Origin: Candidatus Bathyarchaeota archaeon | GTDB lineage: Archaea; Thermoproteota; Bathyarchaeia; 40CM-2-53-6 | Direction of reading: 5' to 3' | Assembly (NCBI GenBank): GCA_963706285.1 | Contig: CAVPLU010000010.1 | Coordinates: forward strand, 64,001 to 128,000 | DNA: 64,000 nt | Part shown: in pieces, positions 38,318-48,501 of the stretch | Position numbering within the stretch: position 1 is the first letter of the stretch | Layout: each line of letters begins with the position of its first letter | Notes under the pieces: generated by a model | The model's input: the letters and a program-made list of their open reading frames with translations, nothing else | The model's database searches: none | Told to the model about the DNA's origin: nothing | Made by a program: the position numbers and the translations under genes

Positions 38318-38457
38318 TGTCCCACGCACTTTAGATCATGATCGTTCGCTAACAATGCTGCCCACCACTGAGATTGGCTAACTTCAAATGCTCTAGACAT
38401 CGATCAATTCCATCGTGTACGCGCCGCTGTAGCGCGTGACGTAAGGAGACTAGCGCC

Positions 38458-39459
38458 GTGGCAGACTGGCGAGATCAGCTGAAGTTTGACCCATTGCCTC
38501 CGCTACTTTCTTCGGAGAATAGGTCGCTCATCCATTTTGCACAGCGCGACCTGCTCGATGAACAACCAGATTCCTCGGAGTCATTATGGCAACTGCCCGA
38601 GGTTAAGAGAATCCTCAACACACAGCTGAACGATGGCGCGTGGAAGTATCCTGCAGGCAAGAAACACATACGGTCTCAAGACAATTACAACCAAATAGAA
38701 ACCTTCAGGATCCTAGGTCAACTTGTTGAGATGCACGGCCTCAACAAACGACACTCAGCAATCAGAGCAGCCGCCGAATACCTATTCTCTCATCAAACAG
38801 AAGAGGGAGATTTCGCCCGGGGAATCTTAGGCAATCAATATGCGCCCTACTACTCCGCAGCCATCATGGAACTACTGATCAAGACTGGATACGACACTGA
38901 CCCTAGGATAGACAGAGGTTTTCGATGGCTTCTAGCCGTTCGCCAGAACGATGGCGGTTGGGCCATCCCCTTCAGAACCGTCGGGGGCAAGTTTGGCGGA
39001 CGCACGAACTGGGCTAGGATTCTGCATGCTGACACGATTAGTCCTGATTTGTCAAAACCGTTCTCCCACATGGTGACCGGCATGGTGCTGCGTGCCTTTG
39101 CAGCCCATCGCAAATACAGAACATCCGCAGAGGCATCGACCGCTGGTAAGCTCCTAGTTTCAAGATTCTTCAGAAAGGACACGTACTCGGACAGACAGAG
39201 CGTTGCTTTCTGGACGAAGTTCTCATACCCCTTCTGGTTCACGGATCTGCTCTCAGCGCTTGATTCACTCTCGCTAATGGGATTCACCAGAGACGATTCG
39301 CAAATCAATAGAGCACTCAACTGGTTCGTTGCCAAGCAAAAGAAAAACGGAGTTTGGAAATTGCCCATATTGAGAGGTAAGGATAAAGATCTTCCACTGT
39401 GGATCAGTTTGGCGATTTGCCGAGTGTTCAGACGGCTACTTTCTGAAACGAAAACCTAG
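38458..39459 (+). CDS. Prenyltransferase/squalene-cyclase repeat (alpha/alpha barrel) protein
   Basis: Repeated QxxDGxW motifs (QLNDGAW, QTEEGDF, RQNDGGW, QKKNGVW). Confidence 0.75.
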   Translation: MADWRDQLKFDPLPPLLSSENRSLIHFAQRDLLDEQPDSSESLWQLPEVKRILNTQLNDGAWKYPAGKKHIRSQDNYNQIETFRILGQLVEMHGLNKRHSAIRAAAEYLFSHQTEEGDFARGILGNQYAPYYSAAIMELLIKTGYDTDPRIDRGFRWLLAVRQNDGGWAIPFRTVGGKFGGRTNWARILHADTISPDLSKPFSHMVTGMVLRAFAAHRKYRTSAEASTAGKLLVSRFFRKDTYSDRQSVAFWTKFSYPFWFTDLLSALDSLSLMGFTRDDSQINRALNWFVAKQKKNGVWKLPILRGKDKDLPLWISLAICRVFRRLLSETKT

Positions 39460-39496
39460 CCACAGCATAACAGTCACAGGGTATACAGGGCCCTCC

Positions 39497-40525
39497 ATGC
39501 CAGATCTTATCAAACAGACTTTGAATCTATTCATTGAGATTCTCTTGTCAGATTTCCGCATAGTCTTCTTCGACGAGATTGATGATCCTTACAAAGTCAC
39601 ATTACTCTTTCAACTGAGCCTCCCTTGGCCCGCAATGCCTAGACTACTTCAGGAACTCAGGTCGAACGACGACAGATACACTCGTGAGTTCGGGATATTT
39701 GCTGTCACCAAAGAAGGAACCGTTGCTAGCGGGCATCTGCTAATGCGAATCTCCACCCAAACCACTAAAGGAAGATTGGAGGTGGGCGGAATCAGCGCCG
39801 TCAGTACTAGACCAGACTTTGCCAGAAGCGGGCTCATGACAAGTGTGACGAACAAAGCACACGAATACTTCCGAGAACTTGACCTTGAGTACAGCGTCCT
39901 GACAACATCTAGACGTCTGGGCGCGATGACGCTGTATCAGCAGTTGGATTATCGCGAGATATCTCACTCTATGGTTGCGGTGAAGTATCCAAATCAACCA
40001 CGCACACCCCCGCCAGAAGATGTACGTGTCCGAGCGTTCTCAGAAACAGATGTTGCCGACATTGATGGAGTTTACAAGCGAGCGGTCGAGGGAAGTACCG
40101 GATTCATCTACAGACCAAGGAACTTCCTCAAGGCACGGAACTACACCAAGGGTCTTCAGATCAAACCTAGGGAAAACATGCGGTTGGTGGAACGTGGAGA
40201 TTCAGTCACAGGATATGCGTACTGGGAGTCGAGCCCAACGACCTCAGACGCTCTAGAAATCATGGCCAATGATGAAATATCATTCCATGGCCTCTTGGCC
40301 GATGCAGAACGCCGAAACCCTGACGCGGCAGTGACGGTCTGGTGCGATGGTCTAATAGACCCTGAGATCAAATGGTTGAAAAGAGCTGGCTACGAGGGCC
40401 CTCTTGAAGCGTACGGAAGTTTTCTTGCAAAGTCCCTGAAACAAGAGACCAATTCGCATAGCATTAAGGAAATGTATGGCGTGGAGTTGGGCAAGTTCCG
40501 GATCGGCCTATTGGATGGCACCTAG
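39497..40525 (+). CDS. GNAT acetyltransferase (Eis-like)
   Basis: GGISAVSTRPDFARSGLM motif A, LYQQLDY. Confidence 0.8.
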   Translation: MPDLIKQTLNLFIEILLSDFRIVFFDEIDDPYKVTLLFQLSLPWPAMPRLLQELRSNDDRYTREFGIFAVTKEGTVASGHLLMRISTQTTKGRLEVGGISAVSTRPDFARSGLMTSVTNKAHEYFRELDLEYSVLTTSRRLGAMTLYQQLDYREISHSMVAVKYPNQPRTPPPEDVRVRAFSETDVADIDGVYKRAVEGSTGFIYRPRNFLKARNYTKGLQIKPRENMRLVERGDSVTGYAYWESSPTTSDALEIMANDEISFHGLLADAERRNPDAAVTVWCDGLIDPEIKWLKRAGYEGPLEAYGSFLAKSLKQETNSHSIKEMYGVELGKFRIGLLDGT

Positions 40526-40615
40526 CATGTTAGTGAAGTCTCAACCTCCATCGCCCACACTGAAGAAGGCATCCACGAAATGACGGTATGAACAGCGAAT
40601 GAACGCATTAGGGGA

Positions 40616-40987
40616 GTGAGACGACTGGCAGGCAAGGAATTGGAGAAAGTCGCGTCTCAGAAACTCATTCACCTTACAACCACAGGCAGAAAGACTCGAA
40701 ATCCCCACACTGTGGAGCTCTGGTTTGCCTTCTGCAACGACAAAGTGTACCTGAGCCATGAAGGCTCAAAGACCGACTGGATCAAGAATATCCAAAACAA
40801 TGATGAAGTCTCGTTTGAGATAGATGGAAAGCATTTCGGAGGGAGAGCACGCATGCTCGAAAAGGGCACTCAGGAAGCATGGCAGGCCAAGGTGGCCCTC
40901 TATGAAAAGTACTATGGCAAAGCAGCTGATGAGATCATTGAGGATTGGTTCTCATTGTCGCGACTCATTGCGGTCGAACCTTCGTAA
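40616..40987 (+). CDS. Deazaflavin(F420)-dependent nitroreductase-like split-barrel protein
   Basis: LTTTGRKT..PHTVELWF, DWIKN. Confidence 0.8.
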   Translation: MRRLAGKELEKVASQKLIHLTTTGRKTRNPHTVELWFAFCNDKVYLSHEGSKTDWIKNIQNNDEVSFEIDGKHFGGRARMLEKGTQEAWQAKVALYEKYYGKAADEIIEDWFSLSRLIAVEPS

Positions 40988-41529
40988 AGAGCTTGTGTCC
41001 ACAGAAGATCACTCATCCAGATGGTTCAAACTTAGATGCACGCACCTAGGAACCTCCACGAAAGACCTAACACTAACCATAGCGCCATTACTTGTGGCGA
41101 TTTGTTTCCCTCGGCCACAGGTCTAGCACTTGGAGTGTCAGGGTCAGAAACTCAAGAGTCATCTGATGGGACTGGGAGTTCCATCCGAGATCATTAGATG
41201 ACCGCTTCCTAAGTTGCACTAAAGATGCGGGTACTAACTTCTGGATTCACACACATTGTGTTAGAGAGGCAAGCTGTCGTTGTGCAGGTTTCTACCTGTG
41301 TCCCAATTGTGAAAGAGACGCCAAACCATGGAAAGCCACGGCAAGTGATTCGACTCGGCAGCTTCAACTACCGAAAAGTATGACACGCGATTAACACGGA
41401 AGTGTAGACTCTCCCTGAGAATCAGGGTCATCTGAGCACGTAGCTAAGAATCCCACTTCGTTTGACGCGCTTGGTTTCAGAATCGTTATCCATCAGCTCA
41501 GCATAATGAATCTTGTAGGCGATTTCAGG

Positions 41530-41890
41530 ATGGTCAAAATAGAGTATCGTCCATGGGAGGAAATCATCATTCACGAAGTAGTGGAGTATCCCTTGGCGGC
41601 ATTCCTTGAGATGCAGAGCTTCGGTGTTCCTCCAGGAGCGATGGGGCGAAGTCTGATGTGGGCAGGCGGGGTTGCGTTTGCGTATGTTGCGATGCCTGCA
41701 AGCGATGATGTTGTGGCTGAGCAGTTGAAGGGCAGGATGCATTGGGCGAGCGTTGTCTTCGCAGCAATGCCCACCTATGAGAGCACGATACTTCTCCAGG
41801 AGACTGAGTATCCGCATCCCCGTAGTGGATGTGAGTGGCAATCCAACGTTGTACGCGGTTGCTCGGTGGCTGCGTGAACACGCAGCCTGA
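41530..41890 (+). CDS. Conserved archaeal hypothetical protein; one-base insertion near 41800
   Basis: MVKIEYRPWEEIIIHE..LMWAGGVAF; the +1 frame continues IRIPVVDVSGNPTLYAVARWLREHAA. Confidence 0.7.
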
Positions 41891-42138
41891 GCTCCACATC
41901 TAGCCCTTAGAGGATCATCGAGAGTAGTTGTCGGAGGGTCAGCGTTCGAGCGTTCTTTCTGTACGCACCTATGTTCAGGATTTCTTCGATTTCCATGCTT
42001 CTTCACGCCACCTATCACTATGGTACATCAATGCTCCGATATAAGTACACTGTCGTGTTTCGACACATATCAAGAGATAGGATATGGAAAATCCATGAAC
42101 TCGAGCAGGAAATGAATCATCAGTTCGCGTCCAGAATC

Positions 42139-43098
42139 CTATCTTAATCGTGCCAAGACCTCGGCTGCTTGTCGAACCATGCTTTCAATGACTTCAGCGA
42201 CAGGTTTGATCTCGCGTACGAGTCCTATACTCTGACTGCATGGAAGAATGCCTGCATCTAAATCACCGCCCTCGTACATCCGTCTTGTCGCAGTCCCAGC
42301 AACCACTGAGAGGATCTCACCCAGTTCAGCCTGCTTGGATTCAAGTTCTGCCACTTTGAGGGCAGCCGGGTTCTTCCAAGCGCGAACAGTGTTCCTTAGA
42401 GTGCTCAGGATCGGTTGCGTGTCAAGTTCCGTGGCCGAAGCCAATGCCTTCTTCAAGTTGTCATGGATCGGGCACTCAGTCGTCACCAGTAATCGCGTGC
42501 CGACAGTGACTCCATCGGCACCCAAAGCCAATGCTGCCAGCAGTCCCCTTCCATCAGCTATGCCTCCGGCCGCAATGACTGGAATATCTAATGCATCCAC
42601 AGCGGTCGGTACCAAAATCATCGTCGTTAGTCCGACTTCGCCGATATGCCCTCCTCCTTCCGTGCCGAAAACGGTCACCGCATCCACGCCGGCTTTCTGT
42701 GCGTTGAGTGCGTGTCGAATACTCACGCACTTGTGCATGGTCTTCACCCCGTTGGCTTTGAGTCGTGCAAGCAAGTCTTCCGGCGGGCGATGACCGCTCG
42801 TCTCCACTATTGGAACGTGTTCATCGAGTATGACATCGGCGTAGAGGTTGTTGTCTATGGGTCTCATCGCCGGGAAGAGGCTAAGGTTCACACCAAACGG
42901 CTTGTCGGTTAGCTCCTTCGTCTTCCGAACGGCTTGACGGAACTCATCTTGAGTCTCATACATCGCCGAAGCCATAATGCCTAATGCGCCAGCGTTTGAG
43001 ATGGCTGCTACGAACTCAGGCTTGGAGACATGCATCATGCACCCGCCGATAATCGGGTACTTGGTCCCGAATAGTCTGGTCATACGAGTTTCGAACAT
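42139..43098 (-). CDS. Nitronate monooxygenase / FabK-like flavin oxidoreductase
   Basis: YPIIGGCM, TDKPFGVN, GTEGGGH, PVIAAGGIADGRG, VGTR. Confidence 0.88.
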   Translation of the reverse strand: MFETRMTRLFGTKYPIIGGCMMHVSKPEFVAAISNAGALGIMASAMYETQDEFRQAVRKTKELTDKPFGVNLSLFPAMRPIDNNLYADVILDEHVPIVETSGHRPPEDLLARLKANGVKTMHKCVSIRHALNAQKAGVDAVTVFGTEGGGHIGEVGLTTMILVPTAVDALDIPVIAAGGIADGRGLLAALALGADGVTVGTRLLVTTECPIHDNLKKALASATELDTQPILSTLRNTVRAWKNPAALKVAELESKQAELGEILSVVAGTATRRMYEGGDLDAGILPCSQSIGLVREIKPVAEVIESMVRQAAEVLARLR

Positions 43099-43302
43099 CT
43101 TCCGCTTCCAGCTGCAAACACGTCTTGATCTGCATCAGAACTGATGCCAAATTCAGGATTTCACACTTCCTATGGTACTCACTGCATGACCTGCCAAATC
43201 TGGTCCGATGGGAAGTTCGGATGTGACTGTGTCAAGTTAGCAAGTCTTTAGAATGGGTATGGCTTCACGTTACTCTAGATCCGAACAACTGAGGAATGGT
43301 CA

Positions 43303-43488
43303 ATGTCGGCAGAAGTACAGGACAATAGTAAGCCGAAATTGTGTTCTTTTCCCGTTTGTGGAGCGAAGGCCGATTGGTCTACAGGTTTCTTCGGGGAAAC
43401 CGAATACTACTGTAACACGCACAAACCGATGATTCCGGAAGGTTTCCTAAAGAAACTGGGAGTTAGGGCAGCTGCCGCCACGCCATAG
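43303..43488 (+). CDS. 61-aa putative Zn-binding protein
   Basis: CSFPVC...YYCNTH; GAGGA upstream. Confidence 0.6.
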   Translation: MSAEVQDNSKPKLCSFPVCGAKADWSTGFFGETEYYCNTHKPMIPEGFLKKLGVRAAAATP

Positions 43489-43594
43489 GTAGAGTAACCG
43501 CACTCCACGTCTGGAGCGACAGCCGTATCGTGACTTACAGGTCAGATTTGTCTAGACTCGTTGAGGGGTTTGGTTCTTCGGTTCTCACTGATGC

Positions 43595-44905
43595 TTAGGT
43601 TTTCTTTGTTTGTGTTGCAGATGTTGTGTGTGGAGTGGGCTGAGCTGCCGGAGTCGATTTTGTTCCGCGCATTCTACTAACTCCAAGGATAGCCAGTCCT
43701 ATGCCCAGCACAAATGCTCCGGCGATGCCCACCGCTATCGTAGTGTAAAGGACCGTGCTGTCCATTCTCCAAATGGCTCTGACAGTGTGAGGCGAATCCA
43801 TCGTGATTGCGGCGGCTGCGGAAGTTGACTGTGTATCTCCTGTCCATCTATCGAAGACTTGCTTTACGCCGTAGCTCACATCGACCTGTGTTGTAACTGA
43901 GAATGGTGCCGAGGTTCCCGCATCATACCATCCTGTTCCTTGAGCAATTCCATAGTCGGACAATACTGTGAGCATATACTGCGTCTTGTAGTGGGCAACC
44001 ACTGCATGAGGGCTACTCATAGTGACTTGCACTGGATTTCCTGAGACGGGAGCGTTATCAACCGTCCATTGCTGGAAGACGTATCGAGTTCCATCCCCGC
44101 CTGGAATGGATGAGGGCACCGAACCAACACTGGCTGAGTCAGTCGAAACGTACCAGCCCTCACCTGTTGCAGTCGTGATTCCCTGAGGATCTACAGAGAC
44201 CTTGAGATAGTTCTGAAGCTGGTAGTTTGCCACCACACTCTTGGCCGAGTTCATTGTTACTGTCCCGCTAGGTGAACTTCCTGAGAAGTCCCCACTCCAG
44301 CTCGTGAAGACATATCGCTGATTATCATTCTTCTGTACGATGAGCGAGGGAACGCTGAACGAAGCCGCGGTTCCTTGGGTGTAGGTTCCGTTTCCAGTCA
44401 CGCTAGCGATTCCCGAGGGGTTGCTTGAGACTTGAAGTCCGTAGGTTGGTGTAGGTGCTGGTGTAGCAGTTGTCTGGTAGCAGGATGAGTAGTCATACGG
44501 GTAACCATAGTACCCGTAGTATGGGTAGTATCCATAGTAACCGTAGTCATAGTACATGTTGCAGTATGATGAGTTGTATGGGTAGGAGGCGTAGTAGGTG
44601 TAGTAGTAGGGGTAGGAGTAGTAGTAAGGGTAGTAATACTGGTAGTAATTGAGATTCCACGCATCATCCTTGTCATTCATGTTGGGCGACATGCTCGGGA
44701 CATTTGGTGGAGTCACTGAGTTCTGTTCGTCTGACTCGTCCGCTGAGTTCTGGTCGTCTGAAACGGTCGGCGGATTCTGATCTTTCGACTCGGTTACGGA
44801 GAGCGCAGCTGCAGCACTCACGGCCGGGTACAAAGCTAGCAGTATTGTAAGCACCGCGATCAGTCCAACAGATCTGACCACAAGAGTTCTACTCAATTTT
44901 TTCAA
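43595..44905 (-). CDS. Membrane-anchored surface protein with Tyr-rich segment and three InlB B-repeat-like domains
   Basis: Signal peptide, Tyr tract, repeats G.GWY..G..RYVF..W.GD..VTM, C-terminal TM. Confidence 0.8.
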   Translation of the reverse strand: MKKLSRTLVVRSVGLIAVLTILLALYPAVSAAAALSVTESKDQNPPTVSDDQNSADESDEQNSVTPPNVPSMSPNMNDKDDAWNLNYYQYYYPYYYSYPYYYTYYASYPYNSSYCNMYYDYGYYGYYPYYGYYGYPYDYSSCYQTTATPAPTPTYGLQVSSNPSGIASVTGNGTYTQGTAASFSVPSLIVQKNDNQRYVFTSWSGDFSGSSPSGTVTMNSAKSVVANYQLQNYLKVSVDPQGITTATGEGWYVSTDSASVGSVPSSIPGGDGTRYVFQQWTVDNAPVSGNPVQVTMSSPHAVVAHYKTQYMLTVLSDYGIAQGTGWYDAGTSAPFSVTTQVDVSYGVKQVFDRWTGDTQSTSAAAAITMDSPHTVRAIWRMDSTVLYTTIAVGIAGAFVLGIGLAILGVSRMRGTKSTPAAQPTPHTTSATQTKKT

Positions 44906-45028
44906 CCGTCTAAGTGTGACCAGTGGACAATATTACAACGTTATGCGAGTCGAATGTAACGAGAAGCATGCGTGTAGGTTTCGCATTGTTCGATATCCTG
45001 CGCAATCCTTTGCGGTTAGATGATTAGT

Positions 45029-45790
45029 TTACATCTTGAGGTTCCATTCGTCTGTACCATACTTCTCTCTCACTAGGGCAGAGACCATGCCCGACTCCTC
45101 TTCCGTTACAGTGCCCTGAACCAAATGTGCTCTGAAGGTTCTTGTGAATGCGTCCTTCAGAGCTTCTTGGACCTCCTCGACTGAGGTCTCTTTGCCCAAT
45201 TCCGCTTTCACGGAGGTTACTGGAAGACGCGTGCTTTGAACGAATCTACGCGGTGTCGGAGGCTGTGCCCATCGCAGGATCCTCCACATCGTCTCAAGGT
45301 GCGTACTAACCAAAATGGAGCCATGATAAAATGTCGAGCCCCAACGAATTGCGCCTGCCCCTCCTGAGATCTTCTTTCCTTGAACAACTATTGTGTTGAT
45401 GGGAATTCGGTTCGATTCTATGCCTAAGATCTCAAGGCATGCGATCGTGCAGTCGAGGCTCAATTTGAATATGCTCTGGTGGAGGTCTGTGCTTGATAGT
45501 GGGAGCTTTCGAGTACAGATCGAGTAGTTGAGATTTCCAAGGTCATGATAGACCGCTCCGCCTCCGGTGAAACGTCTCACAACTTCGACGCCTAATTCCT
45601 TGCAAGCTTCGAGTTGCAGCTCCGCCGCAGCCGATTGGTTCTCACCGATGACCGCAGCATTACGATTTCTCCACAAACGAAGGGTTGGAGGTGACTTCCC
45701 TTCCCCAACACTTCTGGCTATGGATTCTTCAAGGGCAAGGTTCGAAGGGGCATCGGGATATTCTAGGTCGAGAAGTCGCCAGTCGCCCAT
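45029..45790 (-). CDS. lplA: Lipoate-protein ligase A catalytic domain
   Basis: NLALEE, PTLRLW, RRFTGGGAVYHDLGNLNYS, KKISG, HGSIL. Confidence 0.88.
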   Translation of the reverse strand: MGDWRLLDLEYPDAPSNLALEESIARSVGEGKSPPTLRLWRNRNAAVIGENQSAAAELQLEACKELGVEVVRRFTGGGAVYHDLGNLNYSICTRKLPLSSTDLHQSIFKLSLDCTIACLEILGIESNRIPINTIVVQGKKISGGAGAIRWGSTFYHGSILVSTHLETMWRILRWAQPPTPRRFVQSTRLPVTSVKAELGKETSVEEVQEALKDAFTRTFRAHLVQGTVTEEESGMVSALVREKYGTDEWNLKM

Positions 45791-45841
45791 TTCGGATTCA
45801 CTTCCCGCAAGCCGAATGCGCGAGGAAGTCTTAGTAAACGT

Positions 45842-46627
45842 CTACGACTTGCCTGCAAATTCGGTCCGCAACTTGTCTATCCTCTCAGGTAGGAAAGCAT
45901 GGAGTTTGAAGTTGCTGATGTGACGACCGATCAGTGCGATTATCCCAGGGGCCTCCGTTCCAAGCTTGCAAACGAGAGAGCTGGCTGTGAAGGACAGCTC
46001 TTCGATCTCTATGATGTCTCTCTCGATTCTTGAGAGTCGAATGGCCTCACGAAGTTCTTCTTGAGATCCGCCGACTGCTATGATTCTGTGAAATCTCTCA
46101 CGCCTCCATTGTTCGAATCGAGTGATCTGGTCGTCAGAGATCCATGCCTCGATGTGTCTGCGCCCAGGATTGAGTGACGTAATCCTGACCAGTATTGGAA
46201 CACCTTCATCGAGACAATAGGACTGCGCCGCTCTCTCCACAGGAGTGTCTATGCCGTCGCAAAGTTGAGCTATCAAAGCGTCCCGTGCAACTTCGCATTT
46301 GACACCTGTCGGGATTGGACCGATCTCCACTTCGACGCTCTGTCGCTGCTTGTTGATCCCACTCACGAAAGCCTTGAGGTTGTCGTTGACTTCGATCTCT
46401 GATAGGTCTCGCGGGGCCAGCCGCATCTTTCTCTTAATCAGCTCGATAAGGAACTCAGAGTCCGCGCCTTGGACCTCTGCGCTAACAAAGTTGTCTTTGG
46501 TCACCCCAAGTTGGACTGAAACGTCGAGACTCGAGGAGAGCCTGTCGATTCTCGTCTTGAAGAGAGGCATTAGCTTCTTCTGGGCATCGTATGGAATCCT
46601 TTCAGCTATCACCAGTTTGGCGTTCAT
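45842..46627 (-). CDS. DUF2110-like conserved archaeal protein
   Basis: RDI..IE.L, CKLGTEAPGII..IG C-terminal motif; directly downstream of TFE. Confidence 0.7.
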   Translation of the reverse strand: MNAKLVIAERIPYDAQKKLMPLFKTRIDRLSSSLDVSVQLGVTKDNFVSAEVQGADSEFLIELIKRKMRLAPRDLSEIEVNDNLKAFVSGINKQRQSVEVEIGPIPTGVKCEVARDALIAQLCDGIDTPVERAAQSYCLDEGVPILVRITSLNPGRRHIEAWISDDQITRFEQWRRERFHRIIAVGGSQEELREAIRLSRIERDIIEIEELSFTASSLVCKLGTEAPGIIALIGRHISNFKLHAFLPERIDKLRTEFAGKS

Positions 46628-46676
46628 GATAATCGTGCCTTCGAATGTGGCACGGAGGCAGCTCGTGCCTGCTGCG

Positions 46677-47183
46677 TCACTGTCTCAGCTCGTCTTCAAT
46701 CTGCTTGATACGTTTCTCTAGGAACTCGACAACGGAGGCATTATCGGCGCTCTGTAGTTGGCCACCACATTTCGAACATCTAAAGGAGGATTCCATTGCT
46801 TCCTCGAATGTCACGCGGACATCCCCGCAGGTGTTGCAGATGAAGAAACTGTGGTTTCTCTCGTAGTCGAGCTTCTGCTTCAGTTTCTCAAATGCGCGTC
46901 TCTTTCTGCTCCGGATGAACGCGTCCAGTTGGTCCGTTTGCAGTTTCCAGTAGAAGATGAACCAGCCGGTTTTCTCATCTCGGACTCTGGTGCAGGAAAC
47001 CAAGCCGTGATCGTAGAATTTGTAGAGGATCTTCCTTACTGTGTTCAGCCTCACGGTGGACTCGTTTGCGAGCATCTCGTCTGTGGCTTCGCTCTTCTTT
47101 TTGAGTAGATTTATGACCGTTACTGCTTCGTCGCCGCCGAAAAGGCGAGCGACCTTCATCAGCTCTTCATCCAAGACTGCCAT
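46677..47183 (-). CDS. tfe: Transcription factor E (TFE alpha)
   Basis: TDE.LA, LNTVRKILY, RD..TGWFIFYW, Zn ribbon CNTC..FRCSKCGG. Confidence 0.93.
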   Translation of the reverse strand: MAVLDEELMKVARLFGGDEAVTVINLLKKKSEATDEMLANESTVRLNTVRKILYKFYDHGLVSCTRVRDEKTGWFIFYWKLQTDQLDAFIRSRKRRAFEKLKQKLDYERNHSFFICNTCGDVRVTFEEAMESSFRCSKCGGQLQSADNASVVEFLEKRIKQIEDELRQ

Positions 47184-47321
47184 GTCAGAGCCCCAAACAT
47201 CGCGAATACCTACTCTTTGGTGCCGTTCCATTTAATCTTCTTCCAAAAGCTGAGGTATCTAGCAACTGTGGGAACCTTTTCAGCCTCGACGCCTCACCGT
47301 ACCCTAGGTAGGCATCATCCT

Positions 47322-47870
47322 TTGGCCGAGCAGATTGTGGTTCTTCGCATGGGGCACAGGATCCCACGCGATCTTAGGGTTACCACACATGTGTGTCTCA
47401 CAGCTAGAGCCCTGGGAGCAAACGGGCTCATCCTAGCCGACGTGGTTGACACGACTCTTGAGAAGACGATTCTGGATGTCTGTCAGCGATTTGGCGGCGT
47501 TTTCCGAATTCGAATGGGCGAACCCTGGAGACACGCTGTGAAGGAATGGAAATCAACAGGCGGAGAGGTTGTCCACCTTACCGCATATGGAATGCCATTG
47601 ACAGAAACCATCGAAGTCATCAGAGCCTCGCCTTGTCCCAAGCTTGTGGTCGTCGGTGCATCAAAGGTTCCAGGGGAGGTGTTTGGAGAGGCGACTTGGA
47701 ACGTGGCGGTAACTAATCAACCCATAAGCGAAGTAAGCGCTCTCGCCATATTCCTTGACAGGTACTTCGAAGGCAAAGAGTTCTCCATGGAATTCAAGAA
47801 TGCAGAGTTGAAGATCGTTCCCTCAGCGCGGGGAAAGAACGTGTTGAACCTCGCCAAACCTGATAACTAG
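47322..47870 (+). CDS. trm56: tRNA (cytidine56-2'-O)-methyltransferase
   Basis: LRMGHR..RD.RVTTHV.LTARA, VHLTAYG, VGA.KVP, N..VTNQP.SEV. Confidence 0.93.
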   Translation: MAEQIVVLRMGHRIPRDLRVTTHVCLTARALGANGLILADVVDTTLEKTILDVCQRFGGVFRIRMGEPWRHAVKEWKSTGGEVVHLTAYGMPLTETIEVIRASPCPKLVVVGASKVPGEVFGEATWNVAVTNQPISEVSALAIFLDRYFEGKEFSMEFKNAELKIVPSARGKNVLNLAKPDN

Positions 47871-47877
47871 CTCAGTC

Positions 47878-48424
47878 TCATGCTTGCAGTTTCGGCGTGC
47901 CTTTTCCTTCTTTCTTCCTAATCTTGGCGACATCGGCAAGTGTGACTTCCTTAATCGTTCCAGGCGCAGGCTTCGGGACAGGCGGTTCACTCGTCAGTAC
48001 CAGCAACCTTACTCGCAGAACGTGCTCGAGCGATCTTATGAGTCGCACGTTGGGCTCAATCTTGCCGAGTTCTATCTTCTGAATGATAGATAGGTGCTCC
48101 TTCACCTTCATAGCCAAATCTTCTTGGCTCAATTCCAGCTTTCTCCTGGCTTTCTGTATGATCTGCGGATAGTTCTCAGCGAGATCGAGTTCCTGAACTT
48201 CTCTTGGAGCTCGCCTGCCAGCAAATTTCGAAGGAACCGAGCTAAGCCTTGTACTGGACACGTGTGCTCGCAACGGGAATGGGAGTCCCCAAGGGGATGG
48301 GCTTCGCTTCCTGGTACGGTGTTCCTAGACTCGCACAGTCTCCGCAAGTGGTCATTTCTGCGCCTTCGACGACCACACGATTTGGTCTTCCATGAATTTG
48401 GCGCCCGCATATGTCACAGTTCAA
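47878..48424 (-). CDS. mbf1: Archaeal multiprotein bridging factor 1 (Zn ribbon + HTH), frameshifted near 48250-48300
   Basis: CDICG..VEGA..CGDC in ORF 48242; IQKARRK..SQEDLA..IE.G..P, TLADV in ORF 47878. Confidence 0.85.
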
Positions 48425-48501
48425 AATGCGCCCCGGCCGCGCAGAATGAGTCATGTCCACGCTTAAATGGTTTGACCGTTCTAGTCGAACCGTGTCATTT
48501 G

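Noticed and set aside
38318-41500. Integrated element at tRNA-Val
   Set aside because: Accessory-looking genes follow, but no duplicate of the tRNA-Val 3' end and no integrase were found
44398-44676. Thr-rich 92-aa and Ser-rich 60-aa ORFs
   Set aside because: Alternate-frame shadows of the Tyr tract
48094-48500. Long N-terminal extension of the PUA ORF
   Set aside because: Antisense to mbf1; family homology begins near 48502
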